20,000 nucleotides of DNA, taken from sequence record DRR378314_2238; one strand, 5' to 3'. Below, in pieces: positions 16,782-20,000 of this stretch (positions are counted from its first letter, which is position 1; the number at the start of each line of letters is the position of its first letter). The notes under the pieces were generated by a model, which saw only the letters and a program-made list of their open reading frames with translations, did no database searches and had not been told where the DNA came from. A program made the translations under genes and the position numbers.

Positions 16782-17676
16782 TTCGACAGCTTGAAGCGCT
16801 GATGGCGGTGACGACCAATGGGTCGATCACATCGGCGGCCGCTGATCTGGGGGTGAGTCAGCCAGCCGTGAGCAGGCTTATCTCCGATCTTGAAAAGTCA
16901 CTGGGGTTTCAACTTTTTGACCGCCGCGAGGGTCGGTTGGTACCCAAGCAGGAAGTGCGATATCTGCAACCCAGCGTCGAGCGTGTTCTGGAACTGATGA
17001 AGCAGATTGCTGACGTCAGTCAGGACATAACGCAACGAAAGGCCGGGCATATCCGGGTGGCCTGCCTGCCTGGGTTTGCCACCAGCCACCTACCGAAAGT
17101 AATTGCCGATTTTCTAAAAGACCGCCCCGGTGTCACCATGACGATTGAGCCGGATCGGCCCGAGCGCATTCTGGAATGGATGATTGGCGAGCAATATGAC
17201 TTTGGAATCACCGACAGCTTTAATGGCCATCCGGCCGTTCAAAGTACAGATGTTGACGTGCGTACGGTCTGCGTGTTTCCAAGCGGTCATGATTTGGAAG
17301 GTGTTTCTGAGGTGACACCCAGAGAGCTTGCAAATGAGAAAATCATTCACACCCGTCGCGATAGCGACTTTTTTGCGCGCCTTTCAAAGACCTTTCAAAG
17401 CGCAAATGTCGAGTTGAATTCCCATATCGAAGTCAGGCAATTTACGGCGGCATGTGATCTGGCATTAAAAGGCGTCGGCGTTTCGGTCGTGAGCGAACTG
17501 GATGCCGTGCAATATGCCAATCAAGGCCTAAGCACAGACCGTTCAAACCGTTGTTGCCTCATACGCTTTCAATGGTGCGCCCCATATTGAAACAACCCTC
17601 TTTGGTGACGCTGGAGTTCATCGAGCAGTTCAGTGAAAGCCTGAACCCGTTTCGGGTAGATTCTGGCAAACACTGA
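16775..17676 (+). pseudogene. LysR family regulator pseudogene (start deleted, C-terminal frameshift)
   Basis: LRIRQLEAL...GSITSAAADLGVSQPAVSRLISDLE..LGFQLFDR HTH with no native ATG, directly abutting ugpB. Frameshift at about 17533; the shifted frame continues RPFKPLLPHTLSMVRPILKQPSLVTLEFIEQF to TGA 17676. Confidence 0.85.
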
Positions 17677-17937
17677 TTGCCAACCCTTCGGAAATTCGCG
17701 CTATTCTCGGGTTTGATTGCGAAATCATCAACGATTGCTCAGATTGGGTCGACCCGTTTCAACAAAAAAAATATCCACTTGAGACTTCGACCCGCTTTAC
17801 GATGTACCACTTTGGCGGCACAGTATCGGTAATCTCAACCACAGTTCGACGCTTGATCGGCTTAGGTGATCTTTAGTCATCATTGTTACATTCACCATCT
17901 AAGTGGCGTATCGAACATATTCCAAGAAAGGTGTCAC

Positions 17938-19914
17938 ATGCCCTTTTCCAGCCGTAATGTTTCTCGCCGTCAGTTTCTTGCCACCACAACGGCCAGTGCA
18001 GCCGCAATCACACTGCATCCGTTTTCCGCATCAGCCGCCAACAATCAGGCGCACCTGAGGATCATGGAGACGACCGACATCCACGTGCATGTCTTCCCGT
18101 ATGACTACTATGCCGACAAACCTCGGGACACGGTGGGACTGTCGCGTACTGCATCGATTATCAATGACATTCGTTCCGAAGCGACAAACTCGATTCTCGT
18201 CGACAACGGTGACTTTTTGCAGGGTAATCCGATGGGCGACTACATTGCCTACGAACGTGGAATGAAGGCGGGTGACAGCCATCCGATCATCGCTGCCTTC
18301 AATACTGTTGGCTACGATGCGGCCACCTTGGGCAACCATGAGTTCAACTACGGCCTGGAATTTCTTGACAAGGCACTTGCCGGGGCCGAGTTCCCTGTGG
18401 TTCTCGCCAATATCGCCAAGAAGAAAGGGGCCAATCCACGCGACGACGAAACTTTGGTAAAGCCCTACGCCATTTTGGATCGGGAGATCGAATTGGGTGA
18501 CGGTTCGAAACATCCGATCAAGATCGGTGTCATCGGGTTTACTCCGCCACAAGTCATGAATTGGGATCGCAAACATCTCGAAGGCAATGTTGAGGCCCGC
18601 GATATCGTCGAGACGGCCAAGGCATACGTACCTGAGATGAAAGAGCAAGGATGTGATCTGATCATCGCGCTGTCGCATTCAGGTATTGGTGAGGCAGATC
18701 ATTCGGAGGGGATGGAGAATGCCTCGGTCGTTCTTGCAGGGGTAGACGGGGTTGACGCGTTGGTCACCGGTCACAATCATCTGGTCTTCCCCTCGCCAAC
18801 ATTTGCAGATCGGCCCGGTATTGACGTGGAAACTGGCACGCTGATGGGTAAGCCTGCGGTCATGGGTGGATTTTGGGGGTCACACCTTGGTCTGCTTGAC
18901 CTGCTGTTGGAAAGGGATGGTAATGAATGGCACGTGGTTACAACTACGTCAGAAGCGCGGCCTATCTCAAAACGGAACGAGGATCGATCAATTACCGCTC
19001 TGGTTGGTGATGATCAGAAGGTTCTCGACTCGGTCGCAAAAGATCACGATGAAACACTGGCCTATGTCCGTCGCGCTGTAGGCAAGACCTCGGCCCCGCT
19101 TCACAGCTATTTCGCATTGGTCGCGGATGATCCGTCTGTGCAGATCGTTTCGATCGCGCAGAAATGGTATGTCGAACAGATGTTGAAAGGGACCGAGCAT
19201 GAGGGATTGCCAATCCTGTCTGCGGCGGCCCCTTTCAAGGCCGGAGGGCGTGGCGGTCCCGAGTATTACACCGACGTGCCGGTCGGGGACGTAGCGATCA
19301 AGAATGTCGCCGATCTTTATCTGTATCCAAATACTGTACGAGCGGTTCGCGTGAACGGCGCGCAGGTCCGAGGTTGGTTGGAGCGATCGGCTGGTATGTT
19401 CAACCAGATAGATACCGGCTCAACAGATGCAGTGCTTTTGAACCCAGAGTTCCCGTCTTACAATTTCGATGTAATGGACGGTGTGACCTATCAGATCGAT
19501 CTGTCCCAGCCTTCACGATTTGGCCCCAAGGGCGAAGAAACAAACCCAGATGCAGCCCGGATTGTGAACCTTGCCCTCAACGGTGTGCCGGTTACGGATG
19601 ATATGGAATTTATCATTGCGACCAACAATTACCGTGCATCGGGCGGGGGCTCTTTCCCCGGTGCGTTGGGTGACACGGTGGTATTTGAAGCCCCGGATAC
19701 CAACCGTGACGTCATTGTTCGCTATATTGTCGAGCAGGGTACAATCAATCCCAAGGCAGATGCGAACTGGTCATTTGCGCCGCTTGCGGACACGACGGTC
19801 CTATTTGAAACCGGACCAAAGGCACGCGATTATATGAATGATGTCAAAGGCATAGCCATCGAAGATGCAGGGGAAGGTGCAGATGGATTTGCGGCGTTCC
19901 GTATAAGGCTCTGA
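17938..19914 (+). CDS. cpdB: Bifunctional 2',3'-cyclic-nucleotide 2'-phosphodiesterase/3'-nucleotidase, Tat signal
   Basis: LRIMETTDIH, YDYYADKP, DNGDFLQGNP, GNHEFNYG, SHSG, GHNH, LSAAAPFKAGGR, ADLYLYPNT, ATNNYRA. SRRQFL twin-arginine after ATG 17938, RBS aaggt. Confidence 0.95.
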   Translation: MPFSSRNVSRRQFLATTTASAAAITLHPFSASAANNQAHLRIMETTDIHVHVFPYDYYADKPRDTVGLSRTASIINDIRSEATNSILVDNGDFLQGNPMGDYIAYERGMKAGDSHPIIAAFNTVGYDAATLGNHEFNYGLEFLDKALAGAEFPVVLANIAKKKGANPRDDETLVKPYAILDREIELGDGSKHPIKIGVIGFTPPQVMNWDRKHLEGNVEARDIVETAKAYVPEMKEQGCDLIIALSHSGIGEADHSEGMENASVVLAGVDGVDALVTGHNHLVFPSPTFADRPGIDVETGTLMGKPAVMGGFWGSHLGLLDLLLERDGNEWHVVTTTSEARPISKRNEDRSITALVGDDQKVLDSVAKDHDETLAYVRRAVGKTSAPLHSYFALVADDPSVQIVSIAQKWYVEQMLKGTEHEGLPILSAAAPFKAGGRGGPEYYTDVPVGDVAIKNVADLYLYPNTVRAVRVNGAQVRGWLERSAGMFNQIDTGSTDAVLLNPEFPSYNFDVMDGVTYQIDLSQPSRFGPKGEETNPDAARIVNLALNGVPVTDDMEFIIATNNYRASGGGSFPGALGDTVVFEAPDTNRDVIVRYIVEQGTINPKADANWSFAPLADTTVLFETGPKARDYMNDVKGIAIEDAGEGADGFAAFRIRL

Positions 19915-19929
19915 GCCATATAGGATCAG

Positions 19930-19969
19930 AAAAACCCCGCCAATTTTTTGGCGGGGTTTTTTGTGTTTT
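19930..19969. terminator. Bidirectional Rho-independent terminator
   Basis: aaaaaccccgccaa (19930-19943) / ttggcggggttttt (19948-19961) perfect inverted repeat with A and T tails and a further T-rich run. Confidence 0.9.
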
Positions 19970-19980
19970 GTGTTTTGTGA

Positions 19981-20000
19981 TTATTCTGCGGCGTCTTCGT
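19981..20000 (-). CDS. Possible extreme 3' end of a convergent gene
   Basis: Minus strand reads ...EDAAE-TAA, ending just beyond the bidirectional terminator. Only 6 codons are visible. Confidence 0.3.

Noticed and set aside
16727-17590. LysR as an intact 287-aa CDS
   Set aside because: The N-terminal 16 codons are antisense ugpB and the C-terminus is out of frame, so it is called as a pseudogene.
17745-17800. Repeated tcgacccg and palindrome gggtcgaccc upstream of cpdB
   Set aside because: Short, with no informative spacing, and compatible with chance. I could not fit a riboswitch or tRNA fold.
18031-18678. 215-aa antisense ORF in cpdB (likewise 12103-12717 in soxA and other nested ORFs)
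   Set aside because: These lie opposite conserved genes and show no independent coding signal.
1-20000. CRISPR array, IS/transposase, integrase, prophage, tRNA/rRNA or defence system
   Set aside because: No repeat-spacer periodicity, terminal inverted repeats, recombinase or nuclease motifs, or structural RNA signatures were seen. The ADP-ribosylglycohydrolase has no adjacent ADP-ribosyltransferase toxin.

Overview
Ordinary metabolic and regulatory chromosome region of an alphaproteobacterium, most likely Roseobacter group (inferred from gene content and protein style). I found no RNA genes, CRISPR arrays or mobile elements. Left to right: 3' part of a BMP-family ABC binding protein; a secreted SMP-30/gluconolactonase beta-propeller; a Tat-exported CxxC thioredoxin-like protein; an atypical ADP-ribosylglycohydrolase resembling SelJ/J1-crystallin; a small membrane ORF; a three-gene module (AraC regulator, nitronate-monooxygenase-family flavoenzyme, IaaH-like amidase); a divergent XRE-cupin / GlxA regulator pair; a soxBDAG operon (sarcosine oxidase or N-methylglutamate dehydrogenase) with a Cys-free delta subunit; an orphan HpaR-like MarR; a collapsed lysR-ugpBA(E)C locus; and Tat-exported cpdB. 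Best leads: (1) the AraC/flavin monooxygenase/IaaH-like amidase cassette, with a 21-bp-period direct repeat overlapping the regulator's own stop codon; (2) four apparently microhomology-guided deletions in the ugp/lysR locus that left ugpC open; (3) a second 21-bp-period repeat upstream of soxB; (4) the SelJ-like Cys protein. Family assignments rest on motifs and recalled homologues. No database searches were run.
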